This document shows positions 52,201 to 64,000 of a stretch of DNA of 64,000 nt, piece after piece. The stretch comes from the human T2T-CHM13v2.0 reference genome, Homo sapiens, in assembly GCF_009914755.1 (NCBI RefSeq), contig NC_060927.1. One strand, 5' to 3'. The translations under genes and the position numbers were made by a program. The notes beneath the pieces are model-generated. The model was not told the origin of the DNA. It worked only from the letters and a program-made list of their open reading frames with translations, and ran no database searches. The stretch's first letter is position 1; each line of letters opens with the position of its first letter.

Positions 52201-53981
52201 TTTAGAAAATGCTAAGCAATGTGCCAGAGAATAATTACAAGACTTTAGTTCTAGTTCTTTGTGCCATTTCAGATTACTGTCCTTTCCCATTTTGTATTCA
52301 GCCTTCGTTTCCAGCCTTATTTGTACTTATGTATTTTGGCTTCATACTGAATCTTTGCTTAGCATGGAATGGTCTTCTCAGCTTATGAAAAGATGAGCCT
52401 TCAAGGTATAGCTTAAATGTCACATCTAGCAGAGTCTTCCTTGATCCTCTGGACTATGGCAAATGATACTGTCCCTTATAATTTATATGGCCCAGGGTAA
52501 GTCTTGACCTTTTTCATTCTTGGTCCATCATATGGAAAATAAATTACCTGCACCTAACAGGGTGATTTTTTAGGAGCAAGGGTTGGGATGTGGAGATCAA
52601 TAGAAATGGTGTATATAAAAGCTTTTTGGCAGTTTTCAAGAATGTACAATTTTAAGGTGATGAAACATTTTATAAACGTTAAGACTGAATCCCAGAGAAA
52701 TTAACTTTCCCACTATCCACCCATCATCTCCCATTTTCCACCTCACCCCACTTAGTACCTCAGTTGCAATAGTTCTTTAGCTATATTGGTTTCTATAATC
52801 CTTTCATCCTACTTCCTCCTCCCCCACTTCTTGACCAACTTAAAATTCATAATCCATCAAAACCACATCAACTCCCTTGCCTGTTTCTCTTTTAAATTGT
52901 GCATGCCTGGTAAAATGTCCAACCCAGGTTAAATCTTGTTCTGTGCCTTCTTCACGCCTCCACTCAGGCAGCTGAAAGCTGGTTGATGCTGCTGTAATTC
53001 AAGATCAGTAACTTTAAGCATGGCTTGTCTTTTTATTCTCTTTATAGTGTGTTTTTCAGAGCAGAAATTTTTAATTTAAATGAAGCCTAGCTTATCAAGA
53101 GTTTCTTTTATGGATCATGCCTTTGGTGTTTCATCTAAAACATTATTGTCGTATCTAAGGTCATCTAGATTTTTTTTGCTGTGTTGTCTTCTAGGGTTTT
53201 TGTAGTTTTGCATTTTATACTTAGGTTGATTATCTATTTCAAGTTAATTTTTGTGAAAGATATAAAATCTGTGTCTAGAATTATTTATTTGTATGTGGAT
53301 GTCTGGTTGTTCCAGCATCATTTGTTGAAAAGATCTTTTCTTTATTACATTGCCTTTGCTCTTTTGTTAAAGATCAAAGTTAACGTATAGTTAAAGACTA
53401 TATGAGTCTGTTTTTGGGCTCTATTCTGTTCCACTGACCTGTCTATTCTTTAGCCAATACCACGTGGTCTTGATCACAGTAACTTTATGTTAAGTCTTGA
53501 AGTCAGATAATGTAAGTCCTCTGACTTTGTTCTTCTTCAACATTGTGTTGACTCTTCTGGGTCTTTTGTTTCTCCGTATACATTTGAGAATCAGTTTGTT
53601 GCTAGCCACAAAATAACTTGCTGAGATTTTGATTGGAATGTTGTTGAATCTATAGATCTAGCATCTTGACAATATTGAGTCTTCCTATTCAAGAACATGA
53701 AATATCTCCCCATTTACTTAGTTATTTGATTTTCTCAGAATTGTATAGTTTTCTGCATATAGATCTTGTACATATTTTGTTAGATTTATACCTAAGCATT
53801 TTATTGTTGTGGGTGCTATGTAAATTTGTGTTTTTAACTTCAAATTCCACTTGATCATTACTGATACGTAAGAAAGTGATTGACTTTTTTTTTTTTTTAA
53901 ATTAACTTTGTATTCTGTAACCTTGCTGTAATTGATTATTAGCTCCAGGAGTTTTTTCATCACCCACAATGACTAAATTTT

Positions 53982-54057
53982 TGATTAGAAAGGAAGTTTT
54001 ATTTCTTAATAAATAAAGAAATAAAGAAAGGAAGAAATAAAACTTCCTTTCTAATCA
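53982..54057. repeat. Perfect 26-bp inverted repeat with 24-nt spacer
   Basis: TGATTAGAAAGGAAGTTTTATTTCTT (53982-54007) and its reverse complement (54032-54057). Confidence 0.95.
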
Positions 54058-54744
54058 GTATACATTTATTGCCTTTTCTTGTCTTATTACTTTAGTAAGG
54101 ACTTCTGGTATGCTGTTGAAAAAGGAGTAGTGAGAGGGGAAATCCTTGCCTATTTCTGATCTTAACTGGAAAGATTCTAGTTTCTTGACATTAAGTATGA
54201 TGTTGGCTGTGGGTGTTTTGTTTTGTAGATGTTCTTTATCAAGCTGGGGAAGTTGCAGCTATTGCTAGTTGGATGCCCCTTTGTATTGCTGACTAATATT
54301 TCATTGTATGGGTTTACCACAATTTGTATATTCATTCGTCTCTTGATGGACATTTGGATTGTTTCTACTTCTTGGGTGTACAAATAAAGCCACTATGAAC
54401 ATGGGTATGCAAGTGTACAAGTCTTTGTGTGGACACATGCCTTCTTTTCTGATGAGCAAAGACACAGGAATGATATGGCTGGATCATATGGTATGTTTAA
54501 CTTTAAGAGACTGCTAAGTGTATTCCAGTGTGGTTTTACCATTTTACAGTTTAACCAGCAATGTAGGAGAGTTCTAATTCATCCATATTTTCTTCAAAAC
54601 TTGTTATTGTCAGCCCATTTGATTTTGTCCACTCTTATGGCTATGTAGCAGTACCTTATTTTAGTTTTAGTTTACATTTCCTTAAAATGTTGATCATCTT
54701 TTCATGTGCTTGTTAATGTATCTTTGGTGATGTCTGTTCAGATC

Positions 54745-55051
54745 TTTTTTTTTTTTTTTTTTTTTTTGAGGGAGAGGATCTTGATCTGTCTACAAGGCTG
54801 GAGTGCAGTGGCATGACTGCAGTTTACTGCAGCCTTGACCTTCTAGGCTCAAGCGATTCTTCCATCTCAGACTCCTGAATAGCTGGGACTACAGGCGTAC
54901 ACCAACACGTCTGGCTAATTTTTTATTTTTCGTAGAGATGGGTTCTCACTATGTTGGCCAGGGTGGTCTCAAACTCCTGAGCTCAAACGGTCCTCCTGCT
55001 ATAGCTTCCCAAAGTTGCTAGGATTACAGTCATGAGCCACTGCACCCGACC
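54745..55051 (-). mobile_element. AluJ
   Basis: Long poly(T) then diverged antisense Alu body. Confidence 0.92.
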
Positions 55052-55458
55052 TCTTTTGCTCATGTTTTATTGGTTTGTCTTTTTATTGTGGAGTTTTGGG
55101 AGTTCTTTATGTGTTTTGGTTCTTATCAGATATAAATCCTTTACCAGATGCATGTTTTACAAGGATTTTCTCCTCATTAGTGGTTTTAAGTGTCGAAGAG
55201 CAGAATTTTTTTTATTTTGATGAAGACAACTCATTGTGCTTTTAATGACATATGTAAGAAATACCTGCCTAACTTAAGGTCACAAATATTTGCATTTCTA
55301 GATAAATTTTAGAACAACTTGTCAGTTTCGAATAAAGATGGGAATTTGATTGTGTTAAATCTGTAGATCAATTTAGAGAGAATTAATGTGTTAATAATGT
55401 TGTGTCTTCTGATCCATGAATAAAGTATGTCTCTCCATTTCTTTAGATAATTCTTTAA

Positions 55459-55862
<404 letters not shown>

Positions 55863-58800
55863 CTTATTTTCTACTTTTGATGCTATTCTACGTAGCAATG
55901 TTTTACATTTTTTATTTTCTAATTTTCTGCTGCTAATGCATAGAAATACAATCGATATGTATATATTGGTCTTAGGTCCTGCATAAGGTCTGCTACTAAA
56001 CACCCTTGTCATAGTAGCTTTATTGTAGATTCCATCATATTTTCTCTAAAGACAATTGTGTTTTCTGTGAATAAAGACATTTCATTTGTTCCTTTCTGAT
56101 TTGGAATTTATTTCTTTTTCTTGCTTGATTGTACTGGCTAGAACCTTCAGTACAATTTTGGATATAACTCAAAGACTGCCTAGCTCTATTTAGTTTCTCT
56201 GTCCTTGTGCTTCACTTCGTCTACTGCCTCTGAGGGATCAGAACTTTGTTGCCTGTTGACTGTTAACTTGAAATGGTTGTTTCAGGCAAAAGGATAAATC
56301 TTATTACTCCTTCATGTCTGTAAGGTGTCGTCTCTATTCTGTTTCAAATCAAGCTTTTATTCTCACCACTCCACCAAAACAGTTGCTAAATTCAGTGGTT
56401 ACTTACCAGTGCTTTTTTTTTTTTTTTTTTCCCACTTCTTGGCAGCATTTGGAATAATTGACCCCTCTGTAGGTACTTTCTTCACTTAATGTATAGGATA
56501 CCCTCTTGGTTCCCTTCTTGCTTCCCTGGCCAGCTTTATTGATGCTACTGAATTTAAATGTTAGAATGCACTATGGATCCTTGACATTTACACCTCTGTT
56601 CTCTATATTTTTAGTTCCTTGCTAATTGTCTGTTTCCTCATTAAAATGCAAACTGTCTAATGGCTCAGCACCTAGAGCAGTGCCTGGCACAAATTGTTCA
56701 CCCAACGCATTCTGATGAATGAATGAAGAAATGGTTGGTTTTCTCAACCAGTTTTTGGCATGTGACCCAGGTTTCTCCTTAGAATATAGAAACCTTTAAT
56801 TCCAGAATTATCATTTCTAATTATGACATGAGATGAAGTTAGAGATTCTTTGATAATATTTGTTTGCAGTTTATAGTGTTATTTATTTGCAGTTTATATG
56901 TTATTTAATTCACCTGGCTTTATTCTTACATGGTTATTTCTGTTTGAGTATTGTTTGGAGATTTTATTGAAAAACCTTTTTGTTATATTTTCAGAGTTGA
57001 CATGACTTACCTATCAGTTTAAAACAAATCAGGTTAATTACTGAATGTGCTGGTGATAAATTTGATTCTTCCAAAATGTGTTTTGTTGAAGTATGATGAA
57101 ATTTTTGAGGACAACTATATGCTATTACCTTGCTAGTTTGTTAATGTATATTTTATTAGTTGCCTCTAAATTATTCTAAATTTTGAGGAGTCTGAAAGGA
57201 TTCATATCTTAGAGATTTTCAAAGGTGGTGTTTAGTTGAACACAGACTAAAATAAATGTTTCTTTTATAGCATATTTGCATACCCATTGTGTAGATCTTA
57301 ACATTTGAAAGATCCTGGGAACTGAAATGTCCAATATGCATGCCATTACTGTAGGCTGAGAAGTGAAATGTGGTAAAAGATAGTATCAGAGTTTTAAAAA
57401 GTGTAGTGTCAAAAGTTTGTGATGGTTTCTGTTTCTTCTTGGTTCATTTCTGAGAGTCAGGGAGGAAAGAAAGGGAATGGTTGCAATTTTATTCATATTT
57501 TAATTTCAAACACTTTTAGTGTGTGTGATCTGTAATATGGATCTCCCTTCATTTTTTTTTAAAAAACCCATAGTAGTTATATACGTCATTACATTTTCTT
57601 TTCTGTCACAAGCATCTTCTTGAATGTGTGTATTTCCAAATGTTTTGTATCTCCCAGGCACTCTGTAAATATTGACTGAATGACTATTCAAAGACACATG
57701 AAGACTCCAAAGAGTTGTGTTTTCATGGTTGTAGTGTTTTTGTGGAGCTACAGATAGGGGAATAAATGCTGTCTCTTTCTCTGAAAGAATAATAAATTCA
57801 ATTTAATTAATTAGCTAATGATACAAAACTAAACTTTTAAATCAGGAAGACAGAGTAGAAACAGAGTAGTATCCTGTTTTATTATGGTTTTCCTACGTGT
57901 CTAGAGTGTGCAGTAGCCAGGACCACCTTATGACAAGGTTAGAGTCTTGCTAGATGTGGAAGATTCAATTATTTGCTATTCCTTTGCCTCTTTATATTCT
58001 AGACTTACATTACCAATAGTGATGAACTTAAACTTTAAATAATTTAGCTCTTTAATAATAAACGTTTACATTTCTTCAGGACCTTTCTGCTCTCCAGTTA
58101 AACTCAGCTTCATGTGGGAAAGTAGAGGGAGGAAGTAGTAGTAGGCTTAAAGATTGGTAGTCTCTGAGTAGTGAGGCATTCTAATTTGGAGTTTGGTTTA
58201 AGAACTACAACAGAAAATCTGTTTCTGCACAGTTTTAAGATTCCATGGGGGAAAATCTTATTCAGAAGTGGTTTTTAACATTTGGATTTCGTCCAGGAAT
58301 GGAAATGTATTAGATTCTTTTATTTGCAACAACAGAACTCTGGCTAATTAAAACATAAAAAAGCAGATATGTAATTAGAGGCTTATGGAATCTAAGGGAG
58401 GGCCAAATTTATTAATACTAGAAGAGTAGTACAACGCTTTGGTGAAAGGTTTAAGGGTTGAATCAAACAAAAAACACAGCAAAACTTACTTTTGTAACAA
58501 GCAGTAAAACTCAGAATACAGAAAAATTAGAAAGTAAAAATCACTTATTAGTTCCTAGAAATTAAAATAAAAGATGAAAAATAAATCTTGATAGTTACAT
58601 TAGTATTTGTTTACTAGTAAAGCCAAACACCTTAAAATATAGCCACTTCTAAATTTTTTTTTTTTTTTGTAAATATCAACTTTGTTCATTAGGGGTAACT
58701 CCTTCTGGTTAAGTCTCTCAGCCTTTTTTATTGGGTGATTTTTCTGTCTCTGCTGTCATGCTGAGAGAGAGGCTTTCCTAACCTAAATGTTGTAGAATTT

Positions 58801-58943
58801 TTAAAATACAATTTTGAACCAATGGGTCAGTTCCCTCCACCCCACAACAGTATCTCCCAATACTCCTTTTGGTAATGGTGGCCCACTAGGCTGTGGTTTT
58901 TCTGGATTGTAAGGAGATATAATTAGGTTATTCCAATACTACC

Positions 58944-59731
58944 TGTCTTAGTCAACTTGGGGTGTGTATTATAGTCCATTTGTGTTGCTATAAAGGAATA
59001 CCTGATACTTGGTAATTTTAAAGGAAACAGGCTTATTTTGGCTCACCATTCTTCAGGCTGCACAGGAAACATGGTGCTGGCATCTGTTTCTGGTGAGGGC
59101 CTCAGGAAGCTTAGAATCATGGGAGAAAGTGAAGGGGAGCCAACATGTTACATAAAGCAAAAGAAAGCGGGGAAGTGCGAGCCTCTTTTAAACAGCCAGA
59201 TCTCCTCTCCTGTGAACTCAGAGTGGAAACTCACTCATTACCACAGGGACAGCACCAAGCTATTAATGAGGGCTCCACTCCCATGACCCAAATACCTCTC
59301 ATTAGGTCCACCTCCAATATGGGAGGTCACATTTCAACATGAAATTTGTAGGGGACAAAACATCCAAACCATTGCAGGCTGCTATAACAAAATACTGTAA
59401 ACTGGGCAGCTTAAACAGCAGACATTTATTTCTCACATTTGGGGAGGTTGGGAAGTCCAAGATCCATGTGCCAGCAGATCCAGTTCTTGATGAGGATCTT
59501 CTTCCTGGATTGTAGACAATCACTTTCTCACTGTTTCCTCACATGGCCTAGAAAAAGTGAGGGAGTGAGCTCTCCTTTCTTTGTTTTAAGGACACCAGTC
59601 CAATCATGGGGAGCCCACCTGTATGACTTTATTTAAACCTAATTATCATGCAGAGGCCTACCAGATACTACCTTTGAGGTCAGAGCTTCAGAATGAATTT
59701 TAGGGAGGACACAAACATTCACTCCATAAAA
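58944..59731 (-). mobile_element. MLT1A-type LTR interrupted by an MST LTR
   Basis: tgtcttagtc...[insert]...ggctgctataacaaaatac...gacacaaacattca. Confidence 0.8.
58965..59376 (-). mobile_element. MST (MSTB-like) solo LTR
   Basis: tgtatt...gttgctataaaggaatacctga...catccaaaccattgca; TSD GGGTG/GGCTG. Confidence 0.85.
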
Positions 59732-59849
59732 CTTCTCTTACTCCCTTTGTTGTTGTTGTGGTTTTACCTCCATTTGAAGGGGATAAAATAAAAACTAGAA
59801 ATTCTTTCTTTGGTCCTCAGTAATGTTAAATTTGCCTTTCTAGGGTAAT

Positions 59850-61150
59850 TAGTGTTATTTGACAAAATATACAGAAAGTTTTGTCTATATACATATGTAC
59901 AGGCAATAATTTTTTACTTTTAGGTCTTCAGTCCATCTAGGGTTTTTTTTTCTTTTTCTTTCAGTGTTTAGTATAAAAGAGGGATCTGTATTTTTCCAAG
60001 TATTTTGCTCATGCTCTTTCAGCATTTCTTGACTAATATATTATTTTCCCACTCAAAATCTTAGTTTTGTTGTATAGCACATCCTATTATATATAGGTCT
60101 GTTTGTGTACTTTCAATTATTTTATGTTCCTAATACCAAACTTTTATTATTTTTACTTTAATATTTTCCCTCTTCAGTAGTCTGTTAGTGTTTTGAAATA
60201 TTTTTGGCAGTTATTTCTACCCTGTTTTTAAAAAAATTTTATCAGGGTTTTCACTATAATTGCATTGCATTTGTGTATTAATATGGGGAGAATTGACATG
60301 TAAATAAGTTTTCCTACCTAGGAATATGGCATAGCTTCTATTTTTTCAAGTCAGGTTTATAAGTTTTTTACAGTTTTATTCATGAGTGTTTTAAATATTA
60401 ATGTTTACAAATTAAACCCTTTTCTGCAATAAATCTGTAAAGATATCACCCTTTGTAACATACTGATTATATAGTTCATATACATTTTGCATATGTTTAT
60501 AAGCAACTACATTATTGGTTCTAATAGCCCTTCATTTCATCTTCTTGGATTTTGCAGGTAATAGATTTTTCAAATAATAATTATTTCTTTTCCTTCCTAA
60601 TATTTATCCTTTCCTTTTTCATATTACACTGGATTGAATTTCCAGTCTCAGTTGAACAATGATAGTGCACCATCTTGTCTTGGTCTTTTTTTAATACCCA
60701 TGCCTCTTTCTGTTTAGTGTTGATAATGGCCACTGATTTGAGAAGAATCTACTTTATTAAGAATCCTTTTCTTAGTTAGATTTTCTTTTTAAATCAGATA
60801 GTAAATGGTAAGTTTTATTAAATACCTTTTTAACATCGAATAAGAAAGTCATGTGAGCTTTTAATGTGATGAGCAGTCTAAAAATATCCTTTTGTTCTTA
60901 GAATAGTCCTACTTGGCTGTGTAGTTTTCTTAAATACAGAGCTATTATTTCATAATAAATGAAATTTTTTGATATTCATGAGACTACTTTTTTATTTGTT
61001 TATAAAGTACCAAGCTTGTGATAGGTTGCTAAAATACATTAGAATACTTTCACATTTCATATATCTTGGAGTAATTTTAAAAGCTTAGTAATTATCTGTA
61101 CTCTAGGATTATAGAACATGAGAGTAAATTTTCAGGGCCTGATACTTTTT
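59850..61150 (-). mobile_element. Very old L1ME-like fragments
   Basis: T-rich sequence with ggggagaattgacat and catcttgtcttg motifs; boundaries approximate. Confidence 0.55.
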
Positions 61151-61929
61151 TGAAGCAATGGTTAAAAAACTGAAACTTAAATTCGTAGCTGTTAAGTGTA
61201 GTCAGTGTGAATTGTCAGTCCCTTATTGTGAGATCCTCAGTCATCTCTTAGGTGATAAAATTTGCCTTCTAATTTACTTTTTTGTTTTTGTTTATTCCTC
61301 TAAAAAAGATTCAGGGAAATAATATTGCATAAAGTTTTTTTTTACCATATTTGGATGTGTTTGAACATGTTTAAATGCATTTTTCTTGATTATGTGGTGA
61401 TGCCCTTCTCCATTTCTGTATTCATTTAAAAATATTAATTAGATGTAACTTTTAAAGGTATTGTTTATACGATTTCCATTTTTGAATGCTTATTTTGGTT
61501 TACTTCTTGGTTTGTGTATTTGTTCATTTATTTTGTTAGAGAACATATGTGAGTTGTAGACCTCCAAGGACTTGTTATACATATTCTGATATACTTGTCA
61601 ATGAGCAGCATCGTGCTTGACTATAGTAGTCATGAATGTTAGCTTTATATCCCTCAAAACATTGTAAGTTTTGCTCTATTGCTTTTAGGAAGGAAAAACG
61701 TATTATATTGAAGAAGTTTGATGTCATTTTAACTTTTGCTTGTGAAATTTTTTTTCTTAACCCTGAAATGGAAAAACAAAATTATTTTACATTTATATAA
61801 GCATTTCTTCATTAACATTTTCTGACAATTGATCTGTCTTTAATGACTTTTCAGTAGAGATACTTGACATAGGGACCCTCCAAAAGAAGATACTTCAGTA
61901 TTATATTTGGTTTGGGAGATCCTACATGC

Positions 61930-62150
61930 ATAAGTTATCTATTGCCATGTAAAAAATTTACCCCAAAACATAATGGCTTTAAAACAATATCCATTTATTA
62001 TCTCTCAGTTTCTGTGTGCCAGGAATCCAGGCATGATGTAACTGAATCTTCTACCTCAGTCTTTCTCACAAGGCTGCAGTCAAAGTGTCAGCCAGAGCTG
62101 GGAACTCATGTGAAGGCTTGATTGAGGAAGGATTGTACTTCCAAGTCAAC
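61930..62150 (-). mobile_element. MLT1 LTR fragment
   Basis: agttatctattgc...ccatttattatctctcagtttctgtg...ggctgcagtca. Confidence 0.7.
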
Positions 62151-62286
62151 TTGGTCCTAATCTAGTGCTTTTTTCACTGCAACACATATTGGCGTATTGT
62201 TAATTTATTTGACAGTCACATTTGGATCTCATATCAAGCCCAGAAAACACCTAGTTCATTTCTTTTTGTTACTCAGTTGTACGTTT

Positions 62287-62323
62287 TGTGTGTGGTGCGT
62301 GTGAGTGCATGTGTGTGTGTGTG

Positions 62324-62354
<31 letters not shown>
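62287..62354. repeat. Interrupted (TG)n tract
   Basis: Direct reading; ends 95 nt before exon 2. Confidence 0.95.
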
Positions 62355-62356
<2 letters not shown>

Positions 62357-62449
62357 CTAGAGATAGTTACACAGGGGGTCAGGAAGGGAGGAGAGTGTTG
62401 ACCACTTTTTTCTATTTTAAAAATTGTAGTACTTTTTTTTCCTCCATAG

Positions 62450-62791
62450 GTGCCTTAGCTGGACCAATTATTGTGGAGCCACATGTCACAGCAGTATGGG
62501 GAAAGAATGTTTCATTAAAGTGTTTAATTGAAGTAAATGAAACCATAACACAGATTTCATGGGAGAAGATACATGGCAAAAGTTCACAGACTGTTGCAGT
62601 TCACCATCCCCAATATGGATTCTCTGTTCAAGGAGAATATCAGGGAAGAGTCTTGTTTAAAAATTACTCACTTAATGATGCAACAATTACTCTGCATAAC
62701 ATAGGATTCTCTGATTCTGGAAAATACATCTGCAAAGCTGTTACATTCCCGCTTGGAAATGCCCAGTCCTCTACAACTGTAACTGTGTTAG
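62450..62791 (+). CDS. NECTIN3: NECTIN3 exon 2 (342 nt): end of signal peptide and Ig V-type domain
   Basis: ALAGPIIVEPHVTAVWGKNVSLKC...ISW...DSGKYICKAVTFPLGNAQSSTTVTVL has the V-set Cys, Trp and D-x-G-x-Y-x-C motif and sequons NVS, NET, NYS; AG acceptor at 62448-62449, donor G|GTAGGT, phase 1-1. Confidence 0.98.
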
Positions 62792-63429
62792 GTAGGTATG
62801 CTTGAATTATGTATTTTGGTGATAGTGGTGAAGATTATAATAAAAATATTTTTAAGAAATTAAAATGGTTGAAATTTGATTTAACTTTAGGTTTAAAGTA
62901 AAATAATTCAAATACGATTTTTCAAGATCCTTCTTAAAATTTATGATTCTAGGTTCCCTGTAAATAAAATCTTGTCTATATATACCTACTTATCTATGTA
63001 ATGCTACATAGTTTTATCTAGTTTCTTTATGAAAGATAGTGATGAGTTTTAATTATATACTAAGTTCTGAGTTTCTGTGACATCTTTATTTTCATTACCT
63101 CCCCTCAAATTTTCAGCCTTTAATCAAATTACCATCTTAAATTTTTTCATTTTTAAAAAATTGAGTTTTGCATCTAGGAGCCATTGACACCTCATGTTTT
63201 ACTATTTCATATCACATTTTATTCCTGCTATTTTAGATTTGCATAGCTATCTGAATATGGTGCTTTTGCTCATAATAGTGATATTCCACTATTTCCTATG
63301 ATACCTGTTAAAGTTTATGGTAAAATGTTGAAAAAGCTCGTTAACTTTAAGCTACTTTCAGTGAAATGTAAACCAATTTGGAAATGCTGATAAGTACTTT
63401 TGAAATGATAGAAATGAAGATTGAGGAGC

Positions 63430-63850
63430 AATAGCAACTGGTGGCTGCTCACATGAAGATCTACTGCCTAGATTCTTACTCAAACAGCTACTGGCAGTGT
63501 GGGTAGCTGACAGCGTCCAGCTGTTAGGTCCTTTAAGATTACTTCAGTTTTCAGGGCTATTCTTTTTGTGAGTGACCTCAGGCCAGTGACTAAGTGAGGC
63601 AGTGGTAGCCAGGGGTAAGCTCTTCTTGGGGCCAGTGATTGAACAAGATAGTGGTGTGAAGAGTTTTACCCAAAGTGGACTCCTTTAATGGAATATGACC
63701 ATTGGCCTGAATGGAGACTTTGTCAGGGTACTGATAGCTCCCCTTACTCAATTCATTCTTCCTTCTCCCTTTTCTCCCAGTTATCACTCCCTGGTAAACC
63801 TTTTATACTTCTCACATCACAGTGTCTGCTTCCTGGAGAACCAAACAAGT
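63430..63850 (+). mobile_element. LTR16-like ERVL LTR
   Basis: 3' end taaacctttt...gtgtctgcttcctggagaaccaaac resembles LTR16 family termini. Confidence 0.55.
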
Positions 63851-64000
63851 TAATAGCTCCTAATGTTTAAGGACATAATAGTAATGTCTCTGAAGTATAG
63901 GACAGCAATTTTGTCCAAATTTATTATATATTTTTTCATGTTGAGAGATATTCTTTTAATTAGATATTTGAGGCTTAGTATATTTAAGACACTGCCCTAA

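Noticed and set aside
62305-62449. Apparent N-terminal extension of the exon 2 ORF (MHVCVCACVCV...)
   Set aside because: Intronic TG repeat read in frame; the real exon starts after the AG at 62449

Overview
Primate, almost certainly human, genomic DNA containing the 5' end of NECTIN3 (PVRL3, nectin-3 Ig-family adhesion molecule) on the + strand. A CpG-island promoter (~21.3-23.1 kb) holds coding exon 1a (ATG 22444, long signal peptide) and an alternative first coding exon 1b (ATG 22846, no hydrophobic signal peptide). A ~39.8 kb intron 1 leads to exon 2 (62450-62791, V-type Ig domain). The rest is mostly transposon-derived. It includes a full-length decayed L1PA7/8-like LINE with TSDs, a complete LTR-int-LTR THE1A element, an ERVK-type solo LTR, many MaLR LTRs, Alus, DNA-transposon MITEs and old L1M/L2/MIR fragments. 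Nearly all ORFs in the supplied track are repeat-derived or GC-rich noise. I see no evidence for a new multi-gene system. The most interesting signals are the signal-peptide-less alternative N-terminus, a near-perfect MADE1 (miR-548-type) hairpin, a tail-to-tail inverted Alu pair, asymmetric poly(A) signals in the intronic THE1A, an ORF0-like antisense ORF in the L1, and several locally templated duplication/inversion scars. Repeat subfamily names are from recognition by eye and need RepeatMasker/Dfam confirmation.
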